A stretch of 64,000 nucleotides of DNA from Eledone cirrhosa (Eukaryota), in contig OZ024747.1 in assembly GCA_964016885.1 (NCBI GenBank), positions 49,848,001 through 49,912,000 of the forward strand. Reading direction: 5' to 3'. Numbering within the stretch: the stretch's first letter is position 1; the number at the start of each line of letters is the position of its first letter. Positions 26,901-39,981 of this stretch are shown here, in pieces. The notes beneath the pieces were generated by a model. The model did no database searches. It had not been told where the DNA came from and saw only the letters and a list, made by a program, of their open reading frames with translations. Made by a program: the position numbers and the translations under genes.

Positions 26901-29900
26901 AAGGAACAACACGGTTGATAGAAGGGAACTATGTGAAGGAACAACACTGTTGATAGAAGGGAACTAGGTGAAGGAACAACACTGTTGATAGAAGGGAACT
27001 AGGTGAAGGAACAACAGTGTTGATAGAAGGGAACTAGGTGAAGGAACAACACTGTTGATAGAAGGGAACTAGGTGAAGGAACAACACTGTGGATAGAAGG
27101 GAACTAGGTGAAGGAACAACACTGTTGATAGAAGGGAACTAGGTGAAGGAACAACACTGTTGATAGAAGGGAACTTGGTGAAGGAACAACACTGTGGATA
27201 GAAGGGAACTAGGTGAAGGAACAACACTGTGGATAGAAGGGAACTAGGTGAAGGAACAACACTGTTGATAGAAGGGAACTAGGTGAAGGAACAACACTGT
27301 TGATAGAAGGGAACTTGGTGAAGGAACAACACTGTGGATAGAAGGGAACTAGGTGAAGGAACAACACTATTGATAGAAGGGAACTAGGTGAAGGAACAAC
27401 ACTGTTGATAGAAGGGAACTAGGTGAAGGAACAACACTGTTGATAGAAGGGAACTAGGTGAAGGAACAACACTGTTGATAGAAGGGAACTAGGTGAAGGA
27501 ACAACACTGTTGATAGAAGGGAACTAGGTGAAGGAACAACACTGTTGATAGAAGGGAACTAGGGGAAGGAACAACACTGTGGATAGAAGGGAACTAGGTG
27601 AAGGAACAACACTGTTGATAGAAGGGAACTAGGTGAAGGAACAACACTGTTGATAGAAGGGAACTAGGTGAAGGAACAACACTGTTGATAGAAGGGAACT
27701 AGGTGAAGGAACAACACTGTGGATAGAAGGGAACTAGGTGAAGGAACAACACTGTTGATAGAAGGGAACTAGGTGAAGGAACAACACTGTTGATAGAAGG
27801 GAACTAGGTGAAGGAACAACTCTGTGGATAGAAGGGAACTAGGTGAAGGAACAACACTGTGGATAGAAGGGAACTAGGTGAAGGAACAACACTGTTGATA
27901 GAAGGGAACTAGGTGAAGGAACAACACTGTTGATAGAAGGGAACTAGGTGAAGGAACAACACTGTTGATAGAAGGGAACTAGGTGAAGGAACAACACTGT
28001 TGATAGAAGGGAACTAGGTGAAGGAACAACACTGTTGATAGAAGGGAACTAGGTGAAGGAACAACACAGTGGATAGAAGGGAACTAGGTGAAGGAACAAC
28101 ACTGTTGATAGAAGGGAACTAGGTGAAGGAACAACACTGTTGATAGAAGGAAACTAGGTGAAGGAACAACACTGTTGATAGAAGGGAACTAGGTGAAGGA
28201 ACAACACTGTGGATAGAAGGGAACTAGGTGAAGGAACAACATTGTTGATAGAAGGGAACTAGGTGAAGGAACAACACTGTTGATAGAAGGGAACTAGGTG
28301 AAGGAACAACACTGTTGATAGAAGGGAACTAGGTGAAGGAACAACACTGTTGATAGAAGGGAACTAGGTGAAGGAACAACACTGTTGATAGAAGGGAACT
28401 AGGTGAAGGAACAACACTGTTGATAGAAGGGAACTAGGTGAAGGAACAACACTGTGGACAGAAGGGAACTAGGTGAAGGAACAACACTGTTGATAGAAGG
28501 GAACTAGGTGAAGGAACAACACTGTTGATAGAAGGGAACTAGGTGAAGGAACAACACTGTGGATAGAAGGGAACTAGGTGAAGGAACAACACTGTTGATA
28601 GAAGGGAACTAGTTGAAGGAAAAACACTGTTGATAGAAGGGAACTTGGTGAAGGAGCAACACTGTTGATAGAAGGGAACTTGGTGAAGGAACAACACTGT
28701 TGATAGAAGGGAACTAGGTGAAGGAACAACACTGTTGATAGAAGGGAACTTGGTGAAGGAACAACACTGTGGATAGAAGGGAACTAGGTGAAGGAACAAC
28801 ACTGTGGATAGAAGGGAACTAGGTGAAGGAACAACACTGTTGATAGAAGGGAACTAGGTGAAGGAACAACACTGTTGATAGAAGGGAACTAGGTGAAGGA
28901 ACAACACTGTTGATAGAAGGGAACTAGGTGAAGGAACAACACTGTTGATAGAAGGGAACTAGGTGAAGGAACAACACTGTTGATAGAAGGGAACTTGGTG
29001 AAGGAACAACACTGTGGATACAAGGGAACTAGGTGAAGGAACAACACTGTGGATAGAAGGGAACCAGGTGAAGGAACAACACTGTTGATAGAAGGGAACT
29101 AGGTGAAGGAACAACACTGTTGATAGAAGGGAACTAGGTGAAGGAACAACACTGTTGATAGAAGGGAACTAGGTGAAGGAACAACACTGTTGATAGAAGG
29201 GTACTAGGTGAAGGAACAACACTGTGGATAGAAGGGAACTAGGTGAAGGAACAACACTGATGATAGAAGGGAACTAGGTGAAGGAACAACACTGTTGATA
29301 GAAGGGAACTAGGTGAAGGAACAACACTGTTGATAGAAGGGAACTAGGTGAAGGAACAACACTGTAGATAGAAGGGAACTAGGTGAAGGAACAACACTGT
29401 TGATAGAAGGGAACTAGGTGAAGGAACAACACTGTTGATAGAAGGGAACTAGGTGAAGGAACAACACTGTGGATAGAAGGGAACTAGGTGAAGGAACAAC
29501 ACTGTTGATAGAAGGGAACTAGGTGAAGGAACAACACTGTTGATAGAAGGGAACTATGTGAAGGAACAACACTGTTGATAGAAGGGAACTAGGTGAAGGA
29601 ACAACACTGTTGATAGAAGGGAACTAGGTGAAGGAACAACACTGTGGATAGAAGGGAACTAGGTGAAGGAACAACACTGTTGATAGAAGGGAACTAGGTG
29701 AAGGAACAACACTGTTGATAGAAGGAAACTAGGTGAAGGAACAACACTGTTGATAGAAGGGAACTAGGTGAAGGAACAACACTGTGGATAGAAGGGAACT
29801 AGGTGAAGGAACAACACTGTTGATAGAAGGGAACTAGGTGAAGGAACAACACTGTTGATAGAAGGGAACTAGGTGAAGGAACAACACTGTTGATAGAAGG

Positions 29901-31069
29901 GAACTAGGTGAAGGAACAACACTGTTGATAGAAGGAAACTAGGTGAAGGAACAACACTGTTGATAGAAGGGAACTAGGTGAAGGAACAACACTGTTGATA
30001 GAAGGGAACTAGGTGAAGGAACAACACTGTTGATAGAAGGGAACTAGGTGAAGGAACAACACTGTGGATAGAAGGGAACTAGGTGAAGGAACAACACTGT
30101 TGATAGAAGGGAACTAGGTGAAGGAACAACACTGTTGATAGAAGGGAACTAGGTGAAGGAACAACACTGTTGATAGAAGGAAACTAGGTGAAGGAACAAC
30201 ACTGTTGATAGAAGGGAACTAGGTGAAGGAACAACACTGTGGATAGAAGGGAACTAGGTGAAGGAACAACATTGTTGATAGAAGGGAACTAGGTGAAGGA
30301 ACAACACTGTTGATAGAAGGGAACTAGGTGAAGGAACAACACTGTTGATAGAAGGGAACTAGGTGAAGGAACAACACTGTTGATAGAAGGAAACTAGGTG
30401 AAGGAACAACACTGTTGATAGAAGGGAACTAGGTGAAGGAACAACACTGTTGATAGAAGGGAACTAGGTGAAGGAACAACACTGTTGATAGAAGGGAACT
30501 AGGTGAAGGAACAACACTGGATAGAAGGGAACTAGGTGAAGGAACAACACTGTTGATAGAAGGGAACTAGGTGAAGGAACAACACTGTTGATAGAAGGGA
30601 ACTAGGTGAAGGAACAACACTGTGGATAGAAGGGAACTAGGTGAAGGAACAACACTGTTGATAGAAGGGAACTAGGTGAAGGAACAACACTGTTGATAGA
30701 AGGGAACTAGGTGAAGGAACAACACTGTTGATAGAAGGGAACTTGGTGAAGGAACACTCCTGTTGATAGAAGGGAACTTGGTGAAGGAACAACACTGTTG
30801 ATAGAAGGGAACTTGTGAAGGACAGTCCGATTGATAGAAAGGAATTTCAAAAAGGAACATTGCTGATGATTGAAGGGAACTTGGTGAAGGATCAACACTG
30901 TTGATAAATGGGAACTTGGTGAAGGAACACTGCTGATAGAAGGGAACTTGGCGAAGGAACAACATACCAGTTAGACGAGAACTTGGTGAAGGAACAACAC
31001 TCTGGATAGAAGGGAACTTGGTGAAGGAACAACACTGTTGATAGAAGGGAACTTCGTGAAGGAACAACA
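17948..31069. repeat. 35-bp satellite array, consensus GAAGGGAACTAGGTGAAGGAACAACACTGTTGATA (~375 copies)
   Basis: Head-to-tail 35-mers, homogeneous in the centre and diverged at the edges; further monomers at 31499-31559. Confidence 0.98.
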
Positions 31070-31498
31070 TGTATTAGTGGTGGTTGTTAAATGAAATATC
31101 AAGAATAGCTGATTTACTTTATATATAAAAAGGTTTACTTCACTTCAGTCAAAAAGAACAATAAACAACAAGTTACCACAAGTCGCGAATGTTGACAATG
31201 TTATTTTGTTGTTGGTTCATGAGGCTGGTGTAGTCTGAGGCCAGGGGAGAGAGAGAGTAATGGTCTGTGGTTGTCTGTAGACCTCAGCGGCCTGTAGGTG
31301 GCGGTGAATCTTTACATAGCTTGTCTATAGCATAATGCTCCGATCTCTCTGTGTCAGACGTGAGATAAAAAAAGCTTTTTATACCTGTCGCTTTCTGTCT
31401 CCCGACTCGAGGGATCGCCCACGCCGAAAAGCATGGTGACCTAGAATTTGACTTTTAGGTGCCACTCAGGGTTCAAGGCGTGGACAGATTTCGCTACA
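31070..31498 (-). mobile_element. probable solo LTR
   Basis: TGTA...TACA termini; the minus strand starts TGTAGCGAAA and contains TATAAAA; inserted among satellite monomers; TSD unclear. Confidence 0.55.
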
Positions 31499-31557
31499 AA
31501 GGAGCCACAATGTTGATAGAAGGGAACTTGGTGAAGGAACAACACTGTAGATAGAAG

Positions 31558-31931
31558 GGCACCTCTTAACCAAATATACACCCTCATCCCACTACCCTTA
31601 ATCCACCACCCTCACTCCCACCAACACCACCCTTTCTCTGTAAAGCTGTGTTGGTACCATAACATCCAGTCTAAAATAAATGAGGTTGTGTAGGTGTCAC
31701 GACAAAAAAACACACAGTCCACGCTGTAATGTGGCCGTGTAGGTAACACGGTAAAAACCTCCCAGTCCATACTGTAAACGTGTTTGGTGTTAGGCATGGC
31801 ATCCAGCCGTAGAAAACCTGCCAGACAGTCCTATAAGAGCGAGACACGGTCACCCGACCAATCTTGCCTCAAGTGGGCAATTTCCGTCTAAACCCATGCT
31901 AGCGTGGAAGATAGACGTTAAACGATGATGA

Positions 31932-31934
<3 letters not shown>
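31558..31934 (+). mobile_element. RTE 3'UTR fragment (subfamily B)
   Basis: Matches 60405-60792 and 53940-54220(-); (GAT)n tail. Confidence 0.8.
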
Positions 31935-31982
<48 letters not shown>

Positions 31983-32019
31983 CAGAGAGAGGGAGAGAGA
32001 GAAAGAGAGACAGACATAT

Positions 32020-32056
<37 letters not shown>

Positions 32057-33051
32057 AATGGTAGTTTAGTAGAATCAAAGTTCTGGCTGTGGCCATGCTA
32101 ACGAATGCAATCCGGAATGTAGATCTAAGCACTCAATAAGGTAGTTTTACCTTAGAGTAATAGCATTACGTTTAGACAGCTTGACAAATTGAAGATTGCG
32201 ACCGGTGAGCCAGCCGCAAGGACCAAAGCAACGATAAAACCCACTCAGGATAATTTGACAAACCTGGACCATCGCGTCGATATTAAGCAATATCTCCGCT
32301 AGGTTTCTGTGAAATCGATATCAACAAAATCCACTTGCGAGGTATGCAAGTTATTGGTTTTGGAAGATCAAACAGAGGGTTCACTTTCTCAACAGGTTTC
32401 CGTTCAATGCCGCGGTTGGGTGTGAATTATAGCAGTAAGACTGCTGGCAGTCACGTGGTTTTCCCAAAGGGAGGTAAACCCCGGTTTTGGCGGTCGAAAT
32501 TCAAATTTTGAACAAAGGAATAAATTCCTTTCCACAAACCGAATAAAACTCTCGACCAGACGTTATTAAACAAATATAAATATATACAGGAAGAAATATT
32601 TATGTCTAAAGCAACACGTTCTTTACATGTGTGTAGGAAACGTAAAAGATGTCTAGAAGACTACATTGTTCCCAGCGCCACCGTATCTCTTCCATAATTG
32701 ATTCTACGTAACCCAGCTAAATAACAAGAAGCTGCTGTAGATTCTCTAGAAAATTCTTTCATTTCTTTTTCTCTTTTCTTTAGATTATTTTTGGGGTTTT
32801 CTTCCATATCTTCTTTATTTTTTCCTCGTTTCTTGAGAGATGCAGAGAAAACAGAAATAGAAAGGGGGAAAAAAAAATATCGAAATTTATTCGAGTCAAT
32901 AACATCACTTCTTGAGTTTGTGGTTGATGATGATAGATACACACACACACACATACACACATATATATATATATATATATGCACACACACACGCACATTG
33001 GTATACACATACATTGTATATATATATATATGTGTGTGTGTGTATATATAT

Positions 33052-33390
33052 ATCATCATCATCATCATCACCGTTTTACGTCCGTTCTTCCACGCTAGCA
33101 TGGGTTAGACGGGTTGTCCTGTTGTGGGCAGTGTTTGGTCGGCTGACCATGCCTTGCTCATACAGGAACTGATTTTGGTTTGATTTCTACAGCTGGATGC
33201 CCTTCCTAACACCAACCTCATTTACAGTGAGTGCTGGGTGCTTTTTCGTGACGCCTACACGTTCACTTTACAGTGTGAGCTGGGTGCTTTTTTGCTGTGG
33301 CACCTCCACGTCCACCTTGCAGTGGGAGGGTGTGGGGTCATATTGTCTATATGCTTCAGCTTGTACCCATGGGAGGTCGGGTACTCTGTA
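33052..33390 (-). mobile_element. RTE 3' end fragment (same subfamily as 1-2981)
   Basis: Near-identical to 2637-2981, reverse complemented. Confidence 0.9.
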
Positions 33391-33464
33391 TATATATATA
33401 TATATACATTATCATCAACATTACCGTTTAATGCCAATTTTCCATGCTTGAATGGGTTAGTTAT

Positions 33465-33812
33465 GTATCTTAGTCTTAGATTCTTCGGCGCATCGAGCAG
33501 TGAGTACTCGTCAACAGTCACGATCAGCGGCAACTTTTTCGAGACCGTGCCAGGTGATGTTGGCTGCCATTAGGTCCTTCCGGAACGTTCGTCGCCAGGT
33601 GATCCTTGGGCAACACCGCCTCCGTTTACCGCCAGGCGGAATCCAGTTCATCGGTGTTTTCGAATGCTGTTCATTTGGCAGACGTAGAATATGACCAGCC
33701 AGACGACACCGACGCTCCGTGACCACTCTTTGTAGCGTCCACGACTCGGCTCTCCGCAGGATCTCCTTGTTTTGCACTCGGTCGCGCCAGGACACATGAA
33801 GGATGTTAGTGA
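33465..33812 (-). pseudogene. 3' fragment of a different RTE-type LINE
   Basis: ILHVSWRDRVQNKEIL..RLAGHILRL..GKRRRCCPRITWRRT; CTAAGA-type tail. Confidence 0.8.
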
Positions 33813-33867
33813 TGTATATATATATATATACATATATACACACACACAAATATATATATATATACAA

Positions 33868-33925
<58 letters not shown>

Positions 33926-34167
33926 CCGTAATTGTATAGTGATGGTGTCTATGTTGGGAAGAAATGAAGACTATATGCTAGTGAGCCAATTATTGATTCT
34001 TGTTTTGGAACGACATCTCTGTCAGGCACAATTGGTGCTATTATTGTAGATAGTTCCCGTAAAATTTCTAAATACTATTTCATCCAGGTTAACTATGAAG
34101 TTGCACTGAATTTGAATAAAAAATAATAAAAAACATTTCATAGTGTTCATAGAGATAATTGAGGAGG

Positions 34168-34221
<54 letters not shown>

Positions 34222-34229
<8 letters not shown>

Positions 34230-34718
34230 ATACTTTGGGAGGGTCATGTTGCCAATAAGAAACACACGCACCAGTTGCTTTCACTTCAATTTAATTTATT
34301 ATATATTTATAAATTTACAAATTTATAAATTTCTGGTTGGTTGGTTGGTTCCACAACCAGATAGTTGTTTATATATATATAGTCATAGTTCTTTCGTCAC
34401 ACACTCTGTGACCTCTTCAGTGACTGGGGATTTCTTTCTTCGTTTCTGTGCCTTTCCTTTCTTCTATCCTACGCCATTTTGTTTGTGTGTGGGTTGCGTG
34501 CTCAGTTTGCGCATATAAACAACTATCTGGTTGTGGAACCAACCAACCAGAAATTTATAAATTTGTAAATTTATAAATATATAATAAATTAAATTGAAGT
34601 GAAAGCAACTGGTGCGTGTGTTTCTTATTGGCAACATGACCCTCCCAAAGTATAACAATATCGGTTTCAACACACGATTTCAGATAAAGAATCTTGCTAA
34701 ACAAATTCAGAAACGAAA
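34222..34718. mobile_element. fold-back element (arms 34222-34374 / 34513-34661, plus tail)
   Basis: ~150-bp inverted repeat inside (TA)n; the spacer holds an HHR. Confidence 0.7.
34381..34425 (-). ncRNA. minimal type I hammerhead ribozyme
   Basis: agtca-CUGAAGA-g-gtcaca/tgtgac-GAAA-gaac-UA-tgact. Confidence 0.72.
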
Positions 34719-34784
34719 TATATATATATATATATATATATATAAGTTTAGGAATAACCAAAGAGTGCTTAGAAATACATTGTT

Positions 34785-34841
34785 TTATAAGCTAACAGTG
34801 TTTCATCCATACCCCATGGCAGGAATCATCAGAGCCTATAA
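34785..34841 (-). ncRNA. type I hammerhead ribozyme
   Basis: ttataggct-CUGAUGA-stem II-GAAAC-act-GUU-agcttataa; 9-bp stem I. Confidence 0.8.
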
Positions 34842-36182
34842 ACAAGAGTATATCAATAGTTGCATGCTCCATCAAACTGCGTCACCAGAACAAGGTTAAA
34901 GGACCAGCAGGGGGTCCCAAGGCCAGCACTATATAGAAAAAGACACAATACATGACGCACATAATGTCATAAAATGTCATAAAAAATTACATAAAAAATT
35001 TATCACATAAATGGTGCAATAGATGATAAGGAGGTTGGGAGAGGGTAGCAAGGGATGAGTGAAGGTGTTACTCAACATGATCAGAAACAATAAAAAAACA
35101 ACAAAAAAACCCAAAGCAAAGCATAGATACATCAAAGCACAAGCAGTGCAAATACAGGATGTACAGGCAGATTAAGAGAGCTTGCAAGCATGAGTCTGTG
35201 AGAAGAATAGTTGGTTAGCTGTGGTGCAGCTTTACATGTAGGATTGTCTATAGGGAGGATGGTGCACTCCAGTTATATCTCCTTGTAACAGGTCGATTCT
35301 CCGTATCATATCAGCACCCTACGAACAACATCCATTGGTTCCAGTTCCGAGCGTTAGGCGAAATAACACCATGTTTCCAAAACATATACCCAGGGGATTT
35401 ATCCGCATAGGCAGTCTGCGATAAACACCTAAAATCTAAAATAAAATAAAGTACGATGAGTTGAAGAAAGGAAGGGTATATGTTATTGCAGACCTGTCGT
35501 ATTTTCAATTTCCTCACTGGTGTGCCGGCTGTACATATACCCTACCTTTCTTCAACTCACCGTACTTTATTTTATTTTAGATTTTAGGTGTTTATTGCAG
35601 ACTGCCTATGCGGATAAATCCCCTGGGTATATGTTTTGGAAACAGTGTTATTTCGCCTAACGCTCGGAACTGGAACCAATGGATGTTGTTCGTAGGGTGC
35701 TGATATGATACGGAGAATCGACCTGTTACAAGGAGATATAACTGGAGTACACCATCCTTCCTATAGACAATCCTACATGTAAAGCTGCACCACCGCTAAC
35801 CAACTATTCTTCTCACAGACTCATGCTTGCAAGCTCTCTTAATCTGCCTGTACATCCTGTATTTGCACCGCTTGTGCTTTGATGTATCTATGCTTTGCTT
35901 TGTTTTTTGTTGTATTTTTATTGTTTTTTTTTATTGTTTCTGATCATGTTGAGTAACACCTTCACTCATCCCTTGCTACCCTCTCCCAACCTCCTTATCA
36001 TCTATTGCACCATTTATGTGATAAAATATTGATGTAATTTTTTATGACATTTTATGACATTATGTGCGTCATGTATTGTGTCTTTTTCTATATAGTGCTG
36101 GCCTTGGGACCCCCTGCTGGTCCTTTAACCTTGTTCTGGTGACGCAGCTTGATGGAGCATGCAACTATTGATATACTCCTGT

Positions 36183-36239
36183 TTATAGACTCTGATGATT
36201 CCTGCCATAGGGTATGGATGAAACACTGTTAGCTAATAA
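36183..36239 (+). ncRNA. hammerhead ribozyme, sister copy with two stem I mismatches
   Basis: Same core as 34785-34841. Confidence 0.62.
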
Positions 36240-36388
36240 AACAATGTATTTCTAAGCACCCTTTAGTTATTCCTAAACTTATAACAGCCCTGTAGTATAC
36301 TAGTTATCCTACATTGAGCTAAAACCACACTGTCATACCAAGGGCAATATATCTGCGTGTCTGGGCACATTGATATACTTGTCAACGA

Positions 36389-36463
<75 letters not shown>

Positions 36464-36579
36464 GAGGTATCCACTGTAAGTTCTGTATGAAGAACTCAAT
36501 GTAATCCATATGTTGAAAATGTTGTAGGTTAAGATAAATCTCAGAAAACAATAAAACATTAAAAGGAAAACAGAGTCAT

Positions 36580-36705
36580 GATATAAGTTAAAACAATGAA
36601 ATAAAAAATCAAGTCATTAGAGATATACTTCACTGTTTTACGATCGTAGCAGTGAAGTATATCTCTAATGACTTGATTTTTTATTTCATTGTTTTAACTT
36701 ATATA
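36580..36705. repeat. ~55-bp inverted repeat
   Basis: AAGTTAAAAC...CTTCACTG / CAGTGAAG...GTTTTAACTT with a short spacer; the right arm runs into (TA)n. Confidence 0.85.
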
Positions 36706-36896
36706 TGTTTTAACTTATATATATATATATACCTACCCACACATAAACATACGTACATACACACACATACCTACTTACATACATACACATATACGCATAC
36801 ATACACATATACAGATATACACATATACACATATATACACATACACATATACGTTTTTTGGAATATCCAGTTCTACGTTTACAGATTGACTTTGTT

Positions 36897-36947
36897 AGTT
36901 TCAGAAGATCCCGTTAAGGGTGAAAGCAGCGATTCTTTGCTTAAACT
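36897..36947 (+). ncRNA. hammerhead-like ribozyme with U4A core (CAGAAGA)
   Basis: agttt-CAGAAGA-u-ccc/ggg-u-GAAA-gca/tgc-UU-aaact. Confidence 0.62.
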
Positions 36948-36966
36948 TTAATTTTTTGTTATTTTA

Positions 36967-37020
<54 letters not shown>

Positions 37021-37025
<5 letters not shown>

Positions 37026-37275
37026 ATCAAAAGATGGTTAAATGAGTTCTATGTATTTTATTATGCACATTTCAAAAACAAATATCATCATGCCATAACA
37101 TTTGTGTTTTCATCATGATATTTGTTTTTGAAATGCGCATAATAAAATACATGGAACTCATTTAACCATCTTTTGATCTTATATATTATGTATACTCCAG
37201 TCCTACAAACTGTAGAGTGCTTCTTATCCGATATCTGCATTGCTTTATTGTACTACAATAAAACTCACCTCCTAC

Positions 37276-37276
<1 letters not shown>
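37021..37276. mobile_element. fold-back copy of the 15183/61399 family; HHR broken at the inversion
   Basis: Sequence identity to the family; inversion junction at ~37114. Confidence 0.8.
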
Positions 37277-37310
<34 letters not shown>

Positions 37311-37545
37311 TACACATGCATACAAATACACATACATACACATACATACACATATATGAGTATACATAGATACAAACATAAGCGCATTTCGGGTTGACTT
37401 AATATATGTATCCAACTGAACAGACAGCCGAAAAAGTAGCAAACAAAATAGTAAGGTATAAATACAAACACACGCACATACGCGCAACTCGTACATAAAC
37501 ACATTGGTGTTTATGTATGTAAATGGATATATATATAGTATGTAA

Positions 37546-37629
<84 letters not shown>

Positions 37630-37630
<1 letters not shown>

Positions 37631-39741
37631 AAAGTTTTATTTAAAATTGTTGGGTTACAACGAGTAAATATTTTATAAGTGATATAAAAGCACTCAACAG
37701 TTACTGGAGTAGGTTTACGATATTAAACAAATGGAAACTATATTTATAAAACCCACATCGCTAAACTATTTTTTAATGCTCTTGACAAACGCTTCCCTAG
37801 AACACATAAGTATCACTCAATTTTCAATAGACATACTATAAAATTAACGTACTCGTCCACCAAAAATTTAGCACAAAATATTAATAGAATAAATAATAGG
37901 AATCTAAAACCTAGCCAAAATACCGAAAATAGCCTAAACAATATTCAAGTAAAAAACTGTAACTGTAGAGATAGATCTAAATGTCCGCTAAATAACAATT
38001 GCTTAGTTAAAAAAAAAAAAAAACAACTGTAATGTTAAAACTGATTTAAATTCTTTTAATTATGTTGGTTCCACCTCGACAGAATTTAAACTTCGCTATA
38101 ATAATCACAAAAATTCTTTCACGGATCCAAATAAAAATTCTTCAACATCGCTGTCAGGCTTACTCTGGCAACTTAAACATGATAAAGTTGGATATTCGAT
38201 GGTTTGGAATATAGTCTCAAAAGGGATTCCTTTTAATTCCTCTTCTGAGACATGTGACCTCTGCGCGGAGGAGATATTCTTTATACTAAAATCTAAAAAT
38301 TCCCTTAATTTACGAACCAATTTATTCAGCTGCTGCAGACATAGATTGAACTCAACTTTTAAATATAAATATAAATTTAAAATGTAGTATAAAATGTAGT
38401 ATATTTACTTAAGATATTTAACTATTTATGAAACTTGGCGATAAATCTTTCGATTCCTTCAATTTTTTTAAAACCTTTCTGCATGAATATATAATTAATG
38501 AGATTAAATAAACTACCCTAAAATTGGCGATGTCCCCAATCTTTTGAATACATTTTTAAGCTGGATAAACTTCTATAATAAATATAAGAGCATTTGTAGA
38601 ATAAGTTTGAATGATTTCTGCTAAATAAGGCCTGGTGAACAATTTTGGTTTTGTTTGCTTTTGATTCTGATTTTATGTGACTGATATGCGTGGCATACTA
38701 TGTTCTCTTGCGTCCCTAGATACTCTGCGGAGTGACGAAGATATTCTTGGCGTTTTTAATTTTAATATTGATATCTGTTGTCTATTCTATGCTTGATCGA
38801 TAATCATGCAAGTGAGGCAGGAATGTTACTTTAAATGTTAATGTATATCTTATATATTTTATGTCTATATATATGTATATATGTATGTAAATATATGTAG
38901 GGTGGAATCTTTTGTAACGCAATGAAGATTTTCATGAAATATAAGAATCTGTGGAGCATATCACCTAAGTTCACATGTGTCTATAATTATCAACTTGAAT
39001 TTGAGATAACCTTCTCTTTTCTCTTTTTTCTTTTTTCATGAGAATGCATATATACTTATGTTTGAAGTTTTATCTCAGATTTTGCTTATAGACCTAAGAA
39101 TTTTTAAACTAAACATGGGGTCATTTTTTCACACATTATGGATATGTGTCTCATTCATGAATACTGATATTTACATTATAATACCTAATTCATAAAAATT
39201 GATAATTCAAATGGATGAGACATAATATATTTTTAATATATTTTAAATATATCATCTTTCTTTCTTTTTCTCCTCTACACTGGACGTGTTTTAAGTGTCG
39301 GCTAGTTTAACTGTATCCCTTCCCTCCTTAACCTCTCACATATACGATGATCATCTGTCCAAAAGCTGCCTACTATATTTTTTCACTTCCTCAATGTATT
39401 TCTCTCTCCCATATCTCCTTCTCTCTCTATCTCGCTCTGTTGTTTTTCTTTACATACATCTCTTCATCTTCTTCTTTTTTATTTACATACATCTCTTCAT
39501 CTTCTTCTTTTCATCTTCGTTTTTCTTTCTATATAACTGTCATAACAGTTTCACTACCAAATCAACTTTTTAAATGGAAGTTGCATTATTATAAGGTATG
39601 TCAAAATTATTTATAAAACAGCTTATGTATTGTATTTTGTCTGAGGAAGGCATACCATATTTTAAATATGATATCCCAGAAATATATATAACGAAATAAA
39701 TATGGTTTTATAAATATAGTTTCCATTTGTTTAATATCGTA
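37630..39741 (+). mobile_element. 5'-truncated Penelope-like element with inverted 5' pLTR piece
   Basis: Frameshifted GIY-YIG EN at 37755-38387 (CNCRDRSKCPLNNNC, YVGST, CDLCAEE, CCRH); 37716-37753 is inverted to the 3' end; HHR near the 3' end. Confidence 0.85.
39633..39698 (+). ncRNA. minimal type I hammerhead ribozyme
   Basis: tattttgt-CUGAGGA-stem II-GAAA-tatata-UA-acgaaata; homolog at 60168-60233. Confidence 0.72.
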
Positions 39742-39981
39742 TATATATATATATATATATATTGGTAAACGGAATAGAAAATGCTGACAAATTGTTCACA
39801 GTTGAAAAATGGTTTAATTAGGAATAAAAGAGTTTTAGTAATTGTATGGGTTAGTATTCAGTTGTGGTTTTAAGTTTTTAAGTTTTTACCGGTTGCGCAT
39901 TTCTAAATGCTTTTCAAAAATTATTTTGAGATAGAGTGTCCGTGTTGTTTGCTCTGATCTGATTAGTTTTGGGAATTCTAC

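Larger units (their letters stand above)
34741..36391. mobile_element. large fold-back PLE-type element (arms 34741-35482 / 35532-36283)
   Basis: ~745-bp high-identity inverted repeat with ~50-bp spacer; ~108-bp tail on one arm; HHR in each arm; (TA)n flanks. Confidence 0.8.

Noticed and set aside
17948-31069. CRISPR-like array (35-bp repeat)
   Set aside because: Monomers are head-to-tail with no unique spacers, there are no cas genes, and the context is eukaryotic.
18393-31070. Minus-strand ORFs in the satellite
   Set aside because: Chance stop-free runs of a 35-bp unit that cycles through frames.
32430-32520. GAAA followed by a hairpin resembling an HHR 3' half (similar at 60850-60875)
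   Set aside because: No acceptable CUGANGA-type core or stem I.
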